Shown here in pieces: positions 24,950-37,029 of a stretch of DNA of 64,000 nt. This DNA comes from Octopus sinensis (Eukaryota), in the NCBI RefSeq assembly GCF_006345805.1, contig NC_043007.1:61876001-61940000 (forward strand). Reading direction: 5' to 3'. Numbering within the stretch: the first letter of the stretch is position 1; the number at the start of each line of letters is the position of its first letter. The position numbers were made by a program, and so were the translations under genes. Under the pieces are notes generated by a model, which did no database searches, had not been told where the DNA came from, and saw only the letters and a program-made list of their open reading frames with translations.

Positions 24950-25146
24950 ATAAGTAGCACGCCGAGCGAAATGCTTTGCGGCATTTCGTCTATCTGCATG
25001 CTCTGAGTTCAAATTCCACCGAGGTCGACTTTGCCTTTCATCCTTTAGCGGTCGATAAATTAAGTACAATAGGGTTGCAATCGACTGTTCCCCCCTCACT
25101 ACCACCACCAAAATTTCAGGCCTTGTACCTTTAGAAGAAAGGATTG
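24950..25146 (+). mobile_element. Dominant SINE, tail type A
   Basis: TAGCACGCCGAGCGAAATGC...GAGTTCAAATTCC...GTCGACTTTGCCTTTCATCC...AAATTTCAGGCCTTGTACCTTTAGAAGAAAGGATT. Confidence 0.87.
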
Positions 25147-25307
25147 TATTTCAGTTCTATGTTTAAGAGATGAGGAATTATGTATATTATTTACATTTAC
25201 GGATATTTGTCCTCATCTTGTTTGTTGTTAACACAACGTTTCGGCTGATATACCCTCCAGCCTTCATCAGGTGTCCTGGGTTCTCATTCCTAAGGTATTT
25301 TTCGATG
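25147..25307 (-). mobile_element. Penelope-like terminal (pseudo-LTR-type) segment containing a hammerhead ribozyme
   Basis: Contains the hammerhead listed next; same strand as the GIY-YIG remnant at 27434-27643. Confidence 0.62.
25230..25275 (-). ncRNA. Minimal type I hammerhead ribozyme (Penelope-associated class)
   Basis: Minus strand GACAC-CUGAUGA-A-GGCUG-gaggguauau-CAGCC-GAAAC-GUU-GUGUU. Stem I GACAC/GUGUU (5 bp, one G-U), intact core, extra A after A9, perfect 5-bp stem II, palindromic loopless stem III (AACGUU). Predicted cleavage after GUU, between 25235 and 25234. Confidence 0.75.
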
Positions 25308-25340
25308 TTGTTGTTGCTGTTGTTGTTGTTGTTGTTATTA

Positions 25341-25406
<66 letters not shown>

Positions 25407-25410
25407 TATT

Positions 25411-26377
25411 CAGTAGTTTTATTTTTATAGCGTGCTTTCACTCACTCACTACCGAGCGCAGCTCTGTGTGCCTTGGGTATGTGCTGTGATTTGTTGTGAT
25501 GCTCTGATGGTTATTGTATGGAAAGTGTTCTGCGTAGGATGTGTGCAGTGCCTAGTAGTGCAATTTTCTGTATGTTATGTGTTTGTAAGTCCTGGTGTTT
25601 TTGTTATGTATTTGTCTGAATATTTTTTTATCATGCCTAATGCACCTACTATGATAGGAATTGTTTCTGTTTTCAGATTCCACATTCTAGTTACCTCTAT
25701 TCCAGGTCTTTGTATTTTGAGAGTTTCTCCATTTCTTTTAGAGACACGTTGTCATCTGCCGGTATTGATACATCAATTAGAAAGCATTTTTTTTTCTTCA
25801 TGATCTCTGACAACTATATCTGGTCTGTTGGCCTTAATTTCTCTATCTGTGTGTATCGGCATATCCCAGAGTGTGGTTGCTTTCTCGTTTTCTGTGACCT
25901 TTTCTGGTGTGTGCCTATACCATCTTTTTTCTGTTATTCCATAATTTGACATAGCTTCCAATGTATGTAGGTTCCAACTCTGTCATGTCTGTGAATATAT
26001 TCCTTCTTAGCCAGAACTGGGCAGCTAGAGATAATATGATTTATTGTTTCTTGTCCATCTCCACATATTCTGCAGTTACTTGTAATATTTCTTTTATTAC
26101 ATGTTTTTGGTAATTTCTGGTGGGGAGGCTTTGGTCTTGTGCTGCAATCAAAAATCCCTGTTTCTGCTTTGAGTCCTGAGCTTCTCAATCATTGCTGGGA
26201 TTTTTCTTTGTCTATTTCTTTTGCGTTTAGTTTAGTCCAGTATTTACCATGAAGGGGCTTTTTTGCCATCGTTTTATCATGGTTCGTTGCTGTTCTATTT
26301 TTAGTTTGGATTTCATTTGTTTTATAGCTTTGTTGTTTCTTTCTTCTTATTCTTCTTCTTCTTCTTTTCTTCTTCTT

Positions 26378-26408
<31 letters not shown>

Positions 26409-27158
26409 TTCTTCTCTTTTTTCTTCTTCTTTTATCTTCTTCTTCTTCTTCTTCGTCTTCATGTTTATTAGGTGGTATGATTTTGTTTGTATTTGTCAGC
26501 TTCCTTAAATACTGAGAACAGTTTTTTGTTTTGCTCGTGTTTTGCTGCTATCTGGATCAGTTTTCCTTCCTTCTGAAGTAGATATTTTTGCAGTCCTATG
26601 GTGGTTATTTTATAGTAGTTTTCCAGCTGTATAAGGCCTCTACCACCTTCTATACGTTGTATATATAGTCTTTCTATGTCAGATTTTGGTGATGCATCCT
26701 AGATCCTGTCATTATTTTTCTTATTTTCCTATCTATTTTGGACAGTTCATTTCGTGTCCAGTTAAGGATATTGTAGCTGTAACTTATAACTGGGACAGCT
26801 AAAGTGTTGATACCTATTATCTTGTTTTTAGCATTGAGCTCTGTTTTTAGTATTGATCTAACTCGTCTATAATATTCTTTTTTTATTTTCTCTTTCATTT
26901 GTGTGTGTTGTGTCTTATCTAGTTCATGGATTCCTAAGTATTTGTAAGTTTGGCTTTGGTCTAATTATTTTATTTCATTGGTTTTATCTAGTGTGATGTT
27001 GTTACTCTTAACTAGTTTTCCTCTTTTCATGGTTACTTTGGCGCATTTTTCTAATCCAAATTTCATATCTATTTCTTTGGTAAATCCATGAACTGTCTTT
27101 AATAGTGTTTCCAGCTGTTTGTCATTTGCAGCGTATAGTTTTAGGTCATCCATATATA

Positions 27159-27159
<1 letters not shown>
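25411..27159 (-). mobile_element. RLE-type LINE, same subfamily as copy A, 5'-truncated at the RT YMDD motif (copy E)
   Basis: YMDDLKLYAANDKQL...FGLEKC; KKEYYRRVRSILKTELNAKNKI; CRICGDGQETINHIISSC (CCHC); RHDRV; WDMPIHTDREIKANRPDIVV. 3' UTR collinear with copy A; (TAA)n on both sides. Confidence 0.93.
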
Positions 27160-27189
<30 letters not shown>

Positions 27190-27198
27190 GTAGTAGTA

Positions 27199-27254
<56 letters not shown>

Positions 27255-27259
27255 TTGTT

Positions 27260-27321
<62 letters not shown>
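27160..27321. repeat. (TAT)n/(TAG)n microsatellite
   Basis: Direct reading. Confidence 0.95.
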
Positions 27322-27322
<1 letters not shown>

Positions 27323-27376
27323 TTCAAGTCACTGCCTGGAATCGAACTCGGAATCTTAACCACTAGCCATATGCCC
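27323..27376 (-). other. Degenerate tRNA-like Pol III cassette (not a tRNA gene)
   Basis: Minus strand TGGC-TAGTGG (A-box one base short, 27360-27369) and GAGTTCGATTCC (B-box, 27338-27349). The spacing is too short for an anticodon arm. Confidence 0.55.
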
Positions 27377-27433
27377 GTAGGCAATTATGGAGTGAATTTT
27401 AGGGCTTATAAATCTAATATCTTCCTATCTTTC

Positions 27434-27643
27434 CTAAATACCGGTTCCCATATGCTGCTCATATCTGTTTAGGAGGTTGTTGTGTCCTGGCATATCTGCT
27501 GCTTCTTTTAGTTTTCGTATTTTCCAGAGGTGTTCTCTGTTTATTATTTTATCTTCATCCCACAGGGGGAGGTGGTGTCCATTTTTCCATACATGATCAG
27601 CTATATCCGATTTATCAATATCTCCCCGTGTCACAGCTTTGTA
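27434..27643 (-). pseudogene. Penelope-like element ORF 3' remnant (C-terminal half of the GIY-YIG endonuclease domain)
   Basis: YKAVTRGDIDKSDIADHVWKNGHHLPLWDEDKIINREHLWKIRKLKEA...NLLNR fits the PLE pattern H..AV.......S.IA.H....H...W....II..E.....RK.KEA. Confidence 0.72.
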
Positions 27644-28069
27644 CCAGTTGATCGTTGGGATCGATTCCACAAGATTGCTGGTCTTGTGCAAAAATATGAT
27701 ATCATCGTATTTGTCGACTATGAAGGAGTTAAAGATGAAGCCAGTCTGGGAGCGGTTTGAACTTAGTGCATACTGCACCAGAACAAAAGTAGTAAAGTAT
27801 CCTTCTGCTCTGAACTCTGCCAATTCGCGTCTTATTTTCACAATTGCCGCAGACAAACTTGCTGTTGATGTTTAGCTTCATATGTTCCAACCATGACCCT
27901 CCAGTCTTTTAGGCTTCCAGATATATACCTGTATAGGAATGCATTATCCAGTGCTTTTTCACTTTTAAGATAATGGGTTGTAATTTGGAAAATATTTGGG
28001 TGTCATTTCTAACAAACCCATTGACCATGTAGATGCTCCTATATCGTCTCAATTACACACATATTGTTA

Positions 28070-28200
28070 TTTAGCCCCAGGCCAGCCTTGATCGAATAGA
28101 TTTACGATCAAGGTCGTTGAAACCGTGATCGTTCAGTATATTTTTGGTCCAGAAAGTGTATCATTATCCTATGTGTCCTTCCCTTCTTTTATAATACTAG
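28070..28200 (+). mobile_element. Unclassified dispersed repeat fragment (CAGGCCAGCCTTGATCGAA family)
   Basis: The 19-mer CAGGCCAGCCTTGATCGAA recurs at ~60569. Weaker copies at ~20120 (+), ~34670-34742 (-) and possibly ~950-990 (-). Confidence 0.5.
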
Positions 28201-28286
28201 TCAATGTGGTGTAAGGGAGATTTGGCTGTTATTCCTCGCGGCTCCAGCGAGTCTGTAAGGCTCTCTTGCTAGCGTCAGTAATATGG

Positions 28287-28332
28287 CCAGGTGCTTGTGT
28301 GTTGGTCAGCATGAAATGAATTAAACCGAATA

Positions 28333-28380
<48 letters not shown>

Positions 28381-28409
28381 AGAAAGAAAGAAGGGGAAAG
28401 AGGAAAATG

Positions 28410-28440
<31 letters not shown>

Positions 28441-28569
28441 TAAGAAGATAGTGACCTCTAGCAAGTGAGCGTGGTTCAAACATAGACATCAAACATATCC
28501 AGGTATTTTGTTGGTGTTGGTCAGAGTCACGGAAAAACGTAAAGAATGGGTGAGATAGTCAGAGAACGG

Positions 28570-28611
<42 letters not shown>

Positions 28612-28975
28612 TAAAGGATGAAAAGGAGAGAGTAGGAGAGGCATTCGGTACAAAACAAATAACCAGGTGTTTGTTGGTGTTGCTCATAGGTAAATGGAGG
28701 AAAAGAGAGAGGGAGATAGAGAGAGAGAGGGGGAAGAGAGAGTGAGAGAGCGCGGGGAAAAGAGACAAGGAGATAGAGGTAAGGAGAGGGAAAGTTTCAC
28801 TGACTGATAGAGAAAATGGTAATATGAGGCTGAGAGAAAGAATGAGAGAGAAAGAGAGAGAAAAAGAGAGAGAGAGAGATGTGGGGAGATTTGAACAGCA
28901 ACATCCCAGCTGTTTGTTGGCCAAACTTAAAAAGAGAAGTGCGCAATGAGAAAGAGAGGAAAGGAGAGGTTCATA

Positions 28976-29011
<36 letters not shown>

Positions 29012-29090
29012 GAGGGGGAGAGAGAAACAAATGGGAAGAAAGAGGGAGATGGAAATATAGGGAGATGTATTGGGAGAGACAGAAGGAGGA
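28287..29090. repeat. (GA)n purine tracts separated by a recurring CCAGGTGTTTGTTGGTGTTG-like motif
   Basis: Motif copies start at 28287, 28499, 28663 and 28906. Confidence 0.7.
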
Positions 29091-29626
29091 ATAGAGGTAG
29101 AATGATTCGACCAGTTAACTTTCTTCATATCCTTTACCTTATACTAGCCCCTGCTATATTGGGCGGCTTTCCTCCACCACTTTAACGCACCATCACCCAT
29201 CCCCACACTAGCAGCATTCTTTCTCCCCACCCCTACCCCACCCCTACCCCACCCCTACCCCACCCCCACCCCAGCCCACTAGCAACCTCCTACATCATCG
29301 ACATCACCTCAGGCGTAACGCGCAGTACCACCACCTACATCATTATCATCACCGTCATCATCACAATCGCTACACCAACCACTGTTACTTACCTATCAAC
29401 ACCACCACCACCACCGCCACCGCCGCTACCACCTCCACCACCACCACCGTCCCCACCACAATAACAACTATGAGTACTTTCAGTAGCATCACTCCCCACC
29501 ACCACCACCACTAACACCATCCTTAGCATTGGCTTTGGCACTGTTAGACTTTACCAAAGTTGCGTCTTATCTTCTCCGAGAACATTCTGTCGTAGGTGGT
29601 AGGACGAATTATTATTGTTATTGTTC

Positions 29627-29682
<56 letters not shown>

Positions 29683-30788
29683 GACTTTCATTTGTCTATG
29701 TTTTTCATCTTATTTCAAAATATAATTCGAAGGAAATAAAAAGTAAGTTATTTAAAGTAAGTTATTTTTTCTTCCTCTCCTAATCCACACACATATATAT
29801 ATATATTTATATATTTTATATATAAACACACAAAATAAAACAAAATACATTCAAAAATACCATCAACATCAACAATAAAAGGCAAAAATAAGAAAGAGAA
29901 AGAGAAAGAGGAGAAAGAGAAAGCGAAAGAGAAAAAGAAAGCTACAAAGCAGGAAAGAACGAATAATAACGAAAAAACAAACAAAAAGATAAAAATAGAA
30001 AACGCAAGAAAAAGAGAGAGAAAGAACATTGCATTCTGGAAACGAGTCTAATTCTTAGAAATTCTCATCAGCTAAATATATATATATATATGCGCATATA
30101 AATATATACATATATACAAACGTATATATGTATTTGTGTATATATGTATGTATAAAACTTTTGCTTCTTACTTAGTATCGTTATTTGTACATTATTACTT
30201 TTGTTTTTCCACTTGTGCGGATCCAAATTTTGGTAGATCGTTACCTGGAATTTGAACAGCTCTTTTATTCCCTCCGAGAATCTCTACTCGCTTGCTTTAC
30301 TCACTTCACTCAATCACGCAACCAACAGACAACATATCAATTAAAAGTGAGACAGGTATATCTATCTATCTATCTTTCTATCTTTCTATCTTTCTATTAT
30401 ATAATATTATATTGGACAGACAGGAAAAAAAAAACTATATAAAATATTTAATATATACAATATAAACGTTTGGTAAGTTATTATTTTCTATATTTTTACC
30501 GTGTATTTTCCTTTTTCTTTCTTTGTATCTTTAAAAACAAAAATGTTTTTTAACACTGAAAGGGTTTGTGTTTTGTATACATTTATTATTTGAGTATGCG
30601 TGCGAAATTGTGTAATTTATATACTAGCGTGTATGTGTATGTGTGCGCGAGCGAGCGAGCTACTCTAGCGATATATTTCACGTTTCGTAATTTAGATTAC
30701 TATTTCGGTTATCTTTATAGGTTTCTCTCACCCCTATCTCTGTCTCTCAACCCGTCTGTCTTACAATCTGTTTGTTTGTATACGCATG

Positions 30789-30800
30789 TATCTACATCTG

Positions 30801-30857
<57 letters not shown>

Positions 30858-30859
30858 TA

Positions 30860-30927
<68 letters not shown>

Positions 30928-30969
30928 GTCTGTCTGTCTGTCTGCCTCTCTCTTTCTCTATATATATGC

Positions 30970-31002
<33 letters not shown>

Positions 31003-31085
31003 TATATATATATACATATATATACACACACACATACATATGCACACATGCACACGTATATATATACATGCATACATACATATAT

Positions 31086-31154
<69 letters not shown>
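30789..31154. repeat. (TATC)n/(TGTC)n then (TA)n/(CA) compound microsatellite
   Basis: Direct reading. Confidence 0.95.
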
Positions 31155-31158
<4 letters not shown>

Positions 31159-31383
31159 TGTTGATACAAGTAGGGAAAACGGAACTCAAAATATGAGTAC
31201 ATGTATATTTTTATTAATATTTAGCAGAAGTAACAGAGTGACTCAAGATGCCAACGCACGAAACTCTCGGGCCTTGAGTAACTCTGTTACTGCTGCTGCC
31301 TATTAATACATATATTTATTTAATGCTATATCTCCATTTTCTCACTTTCTTTTGAATGACTATAAACCATGATATATATATAT

Positions 31384-31414
<31 letters not shown>

Positions 31415-31868
31415 TAACACGCATACACACACATATATGTATGTCATATGTGTGTGCGTCAACTGTAACCAACTTTCATAGTTTATTAAATAATGTAAGA
31501 GAAAGGTATGAATGCTTTAACTTCCACTTTCCATTAATATTTACCGTTGATTGTAAGATTTGTTTGAAATGTGTGCCTTTATGGCTACTATTTTTCGGTG
31601 TATACGTTATTACTCATTGCTGTTGCTGTTTATGATGATGATGATGATGATGATGATGATAATAATGTATTCTAGAGCATAGTTTTAGTTCTGTGAATGA
31701 AAGACAGGTGTCTTAATACACCTGTGTATGCATTTATGTATGTATGTATGTATGTATGTATGTATGTATCAATTTATCAGAATTCATTTATATACAGACA
31801 TTCATACACATACACACGTGTGTATATATACATTGTATGTATAAATCTGTGTAAGTGTATACACACAC

Positions 31869-31900
<32 letters not shown>

Positions 31901-32496
31901 ATATAGAAAGAGAGAAACAGAGAGGGAGAGAAAGATAGAATGAGAGAGAGATGTATACACAGATACGTATATAACTACGTAACGCGCGCACGTCCACTCC
32001 ATACACATGCATAAGATCGCATCGGTCATTACACAATATGAGCACGTGCTCGTCGCACCACAAGACACACACACATACACACACACACATGCACACACAC
32101 ACACATACATGCACACACACACACACACACAAACACCCACACCCGCACACACACGCACACAATACGCATAATCAGCTATTCTTGTGAAAATTATATCAAC
32201 CTTTGTTTTTTACAACTTTCTGTATTTAGGGTTTACATACTTTCGTATCTGACGATGCCTTTTAGTAGCACCAGCAGTAATAATAGTAGTTGTTGTTGTT
32301 GTCGTTCTGGACGTCGTTATTCTTTTCATCATCCTTGTTGGTGCTGTTATTATCATCGTCGTCATAGTCGCTGTTGGTGTTGCTCAGCACCAAATCGGCC
32401 TCCATTGAGCAGATCTAAAATCAAAACTGTGCTATTATCTAAAATCAAAAGCAGATCTAAAATCAAAACTTAATGCTATTATTCTTTAATAATACT

Positions 32497-32951
32497 TTTC
32501 TACTATAAGCACAAGGCCTGGAATTTTGGTGGAGGAGGTTAGTCAATTACATCTACCTGAGTACTTGATTGGTGTTTCTTGTATCGATCCCGAAGGGTTG
32601 AAAAGTAAAATCGACCTCAGCGGTATTTGAACTCAGAACGTACAATCGTTTGCCCATCGGACAAAATGCTTATCAGTACCGGCGTGCTAACGATTCTGCC
32701 AACTCACCGCCTTATTTGTCTCCAATGATAATAATGATCCTTTCTACTATAGGCACAAGGCCTGGAATTTGTGGGAGGAGGATAGTCGATTACATCGACC
32801 CCAGTACTCAACTGGTACTTAATTTATCGATCTCCAAAGGATGAGAGGCAAAGTCGACCTCGGCGGAATTTGAACTCAGAATATAAAAACGGACGAAATG
32901 CCGCTAAGCATTTTGCCCGGCGTGCTAACTATTCTGCCAACTTGCTGCCTT
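32497..32951 (-). mobile_element. Two head-to-tail full-length dominant SINEs, tail type A (32497-32713 and 32738-32951)
   Basis: rc head, core and tail in both copies. Confidence 0.88.
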
Positions 32952-34780
32952 TCCAATAACAATGACAATACTAAAACGGGCATTATACATTATAAAAAGA
33001 GCATAATACTAAAAAGGGCATTATTTGTTTATTTTAGAAAATTATTTGTTTCTATTTCTTGTAGATATTTCGACAACGTAGTCTCCCTTGTTGGGACGCT
33101 GGTGTCTTAAATGCTTTGTGTTGGTGAAGCAAAACTCTAAAGGAGGTAACTAATTCTGGTTTCGGCTCCTTTGGAATTTATGTCTGAAAAGGGGGAGCTT
33201 AAACTGCAAAGGTTGAGTACCTAATGCAAGCATGAGAAACCTGTTAGTGAGACGTGGTACGTCATCAGGTGGGTCGCACAACTAAAAAGTTCAAGATGAA
33301 TTTTCGTTTAGCGAACCATTAAGAAAATCTCACGGGTCGTAATTTGCCCATGACTGGTCTGAAATCTCAGTTTTTAATATGGAAGAAATTTCCTCTGCTC
33401 TAATCTGAAGAAAAACTTTAGGACTCGAGTGGGGAAATTGGTTTCAGGTTGGAAAATTCTTTTTATTATCCATTATCATTTTTGCTAGACTTATTACTTT
33501 TAATGTTGCTTTTTGATGATGCTACTGTTTAATTAATCTAACGAAATTAATGTCATGCAATAAACTGTGTTGTGTGCAGTTCTACATTTGGGTAAGCGTG
33601 AGATGAAAGCGGAATTGTGAACTGATAAGAGTGGGGTACAGAAAACAGGTTAAGAAACATTGTAGTAGGGTCTCATATAATCCTCTCCGGGGCAGTAAGT
33701 CCGTATTGTGTCTTCAGTTTTGCATTTCTTCTACGGACAAAACGCTCACAGACATTCTACCAACTTTTCTGAGATTATTCCTATCGACTTAGGAAACCAT
33801 CCCTACAGGCAATCAATGAAGGAGCCTGTATATGGTCACTTAAACTGCTAAAAATAGCAGCCAACTATTACTTCTGGAAAACTGGCAAGACGATAAAGAT
33901 TCGTTTCACAAATTCATAGCACTTGATTGAGAAGTCTGTGTACATCGAACCCGGTCGTTTCGCTTTCAATCTACGTCGTGCTACGGGTCGGTTTGACTAG
34001 GACCGACTTGAAGTCACAGAACAAGTAACAACACCCAACGCCGCCACCACTATCACAATAACAACCAAATATTTGAGTCATAACAACCTGGTTCCACGAT
34101 TTCGTATGCGATTGCAAGGAATATCTAGCGTCTGAGAGCAAGACACCTGTTCCGTTCATAATGGAATACCTTGCATTCTTGAGCAAGACACTTGTTTCAT
34201 TCATAGTTCCTCAATGTGAAATCATTATCCTGAAGCAAGTTGTCAATAGCTATTTTATTTTCTTCTCAATCACCATTCTGCTCATGTATCTAGGGGGTTT
34301 ATTGTTTTATTGCTTCTTTGGTAAATTCTTATAAACAAGGAGCGTAATTAAGTCTCCCCCTTCTCTCTGTCACTCACACTCACTCAATCACTCACTCATT
34401 CTTTATATATCCATGCAAATACACACACACACATACATATATTTTCCTTCCTTTCCTCATCCCTTACCATATGTTTGTTATCTTTTTAATTATTTGAATT
34501 CTTCCAATAACAGAAAAAACTGGTTTCTAACAAAAAAAGAAACAACAAAGATTGAAAAATAAACAGCAAAAAACAAAATCTAATAAAGCTTCATCGCTGT
34601 AATTTTGATAGCAACTTTCAATGTAACCAACTGATACTTGAACGTATTGAATAATTCTTGATTACAAGACAGGATGATCACGGTTGAAATGTCTTTGGTC
34701 AAATCTTTACTCAACCAGAACTGGCCTGGGAGCTAAACACCAATGCCAACGGTTTACTATCACTTTTCTTATATCACATA

Positions 34781-34965
34781 CGGCTATCTGGCAGAATCGT
34801 TAGCGCATCGGAAAAAAATGTATCTTTCCGGCCTTTTCGTTCTGAGTTCAAATTCCACCGAGGTCAACTATACCTTTCATCCTTTCAGGACCGATAAAGT
34901 TTGTACCAGTCAAGTGCTAGGGTTGATGTTATCGAGTTTCCACCTTCCCTAGTATCAAAATTAGA
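34781..34965 (+). mobile_element. Dominant SINE, degenerate
   Basis: CTGGCAGAATCGTTAGCGC...GAGTTCAAATTCCACCGAGGTCAAC...CCTTTCATCCTTTC. Confidence 0.8.
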
Positions 34966-35453
34966 GAGAATTCTATTACATACGGCGGATTACCGAATTA
35001 TCACGCTTCTTGAGAAACCTATTAATTTCCATTAAATTCATTATTGTATCAAATCTGATCTATTTCAGATCAAACTCCATCAGATCATTTATCAGTCGAG
35101 TCGATAAATTAATTACCAATATCGATACAGTGCAGTCAGTCCTATCAAGCATATGTCAAACATCATTCTATATAAACTACTTGGAATGGGTATCTAAATA
35201 TGCGATTGTGATATCTGCATGTCCTATTCTCTATTGAGCCATATGGGTACAACTAATAGTCTTATCTTCATATAGAGCATATAGTCAGCTTAACAAAACC
35301 CATACGTCTCTAATTTAATGAAACATCAACATTTTACAGCGCAACCACTGCTTAGGACAGTACTTACTTGCAACAAGATACTGGACCTTTTGTAACATGG
35401 GTACAATCACAATGCGCAACTGATGCCTTTCGCCATAACATTGTTATTATTAT

Positions 35454-35965
35454 TGAGAAAGCAGTGCATGCCATCAAAGTGACACTGGGATACAAATATA
35501 CGTAGCCCAGTATACCCATTCTGATTACGTGTCTGATAAGGATACACCAGGCACATACATCACAACCATATGTGTGCGACATGGTGATCTCATACCAAGA
35601 TAAACAGCGCATGACCTTGAAGGTGGAGCCCAGTTAGAATTTTCTTCAGGTCGAGCAGCCCATCCCGCTCAAAAGGTCCCTGAATAAGGGTTGTTTAAGG
35701 ATGTTGTACGAAACAGCCATATTTCCAAAGGTGAATTATCCAAACCTCTAAGAATTCCTTTCAACACACGGCTATGATGCTCCCCCACTACTTCTGCTCG
35801 TGATCAGAGATGCACATATCGTCAGCCACTAACTGACATGTTCAACTGATTAAAGTCAAACAACTGATAAGCAAGTCTGTGGTATTGAGCAGAATATTTG
35901 CTGTAGACCATCTTTTTATACCAAAACAAAACAATGTACATGATGACACTTCCGATCAGTTAAGA
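35454..35965 (-). mobile_element. ~550-bp non-coding (TAA)n-associated element, copy 1
   Basis: Collinear with 53635-54183 over its length; begins at (TAT)n. Strand inferred from tail polarity only. Confidence 0.85.
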
Positions 35966-36088
35966 TGACATAAACTTAGTGAACATTATTCAAGAGTAAG
36001 CAAAAAAGAAATCCATCCTATTGTTTTGGTAAAGACTCAACATGCTACAACCACGCTCATAGATATAAAGTTTCTACTACTACTACTA

Positions 36089-36150
<62 letters not shown>

Positions 36151-36623
36151 TTGCTGCTGTGAAGTAGCAAAGCTGTTATTTACCCCAAACTTCTCCCGAC
36201 ACGATACAACTCATCATTCTTAGTTTATCTTTCCCAAGTCCTTGCAACCAAACCATTTGCTAAGTCATTCCTTCCCACAACTAAACTCTCTGGAATTTCC
36301 TCACAAATATGTTCGTCGTTGTCCTCTGTTATTCAATCCTGGACAAACTGCAGTTGAACACACCTATGATCAATGGCCAATGCCATAACCATCATATCCA
36401 GGACCTAACAGAGGATAATTTAGCCGGTATCTCAATCCAGAGCAGTGACATCCAAGGAGGATACCTGTGAGTATATGACAAGACCCTCAATAAAAAACAA
36501 AAAATTACTGATAACCCCCTTGGATTTTGAGAGGAAATCCTTTGTGGCCCTATTTAGACTTTCTCTGGCTTGAAATTTTTTTCCTAGAGACCTTGATGAC
36601 GTCTTATTATTTACATGCATAAT

Positions 36624-36826
36624 GAGGGTGTGCTGGCAGAACGTCGGGAAAATGCTTTGCCGTATTTCTTCCTGAGTTCAAATCCCGTAGAGGTCAAATT
36701 CATCTTTCGACCCTTCTTGGGGTGGGTCAATAAAGTACAGGACCAGTCATCTACAAAGGTCGATGGCATCGATCGATTTACCGTCCCATCTCAAAAATGG
36801 TTGGCCTTGCGCCTAAATTAGGAACT
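36624..36826 (+). mobile_element. Dominant SINE, tail type B-like, degenerate
   Basis: Head, GAGTTCAAATCC, core and GGCCTTGCGCCTAAATT tail. Confidence 0.75.
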
Positions 36827-36934
36827 ATGACTTGCATATATAATATATTTTTATGTGTATATTGACCAGAATGTACCCTTTTGGTCTGTAGATTATGATT
36901 GTGTGTGGGATGATATGAATGAGAATCTATCTTG

Positions 36935-36992
<58 letters not shown>

Positions 36993-36994
36993 TA

Positions 36995-37029
<35 letters not shown>

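Noticed and set aside
28287-28930. Repeat-spacer pattern as a CRISPR-like array
   Set aside because: Eukaryotic context, degenerate repeats, long low-complexity spacers of unequal length, no cas genes. Kept only as a motif finding.
34118-34204. 45-bp two-copy tandem duplication (similar small ones at ~24327-24380, ~32408-32470, ~63005-63075)
   Set aside because: Ordinary local slippage duplications with no further structure.
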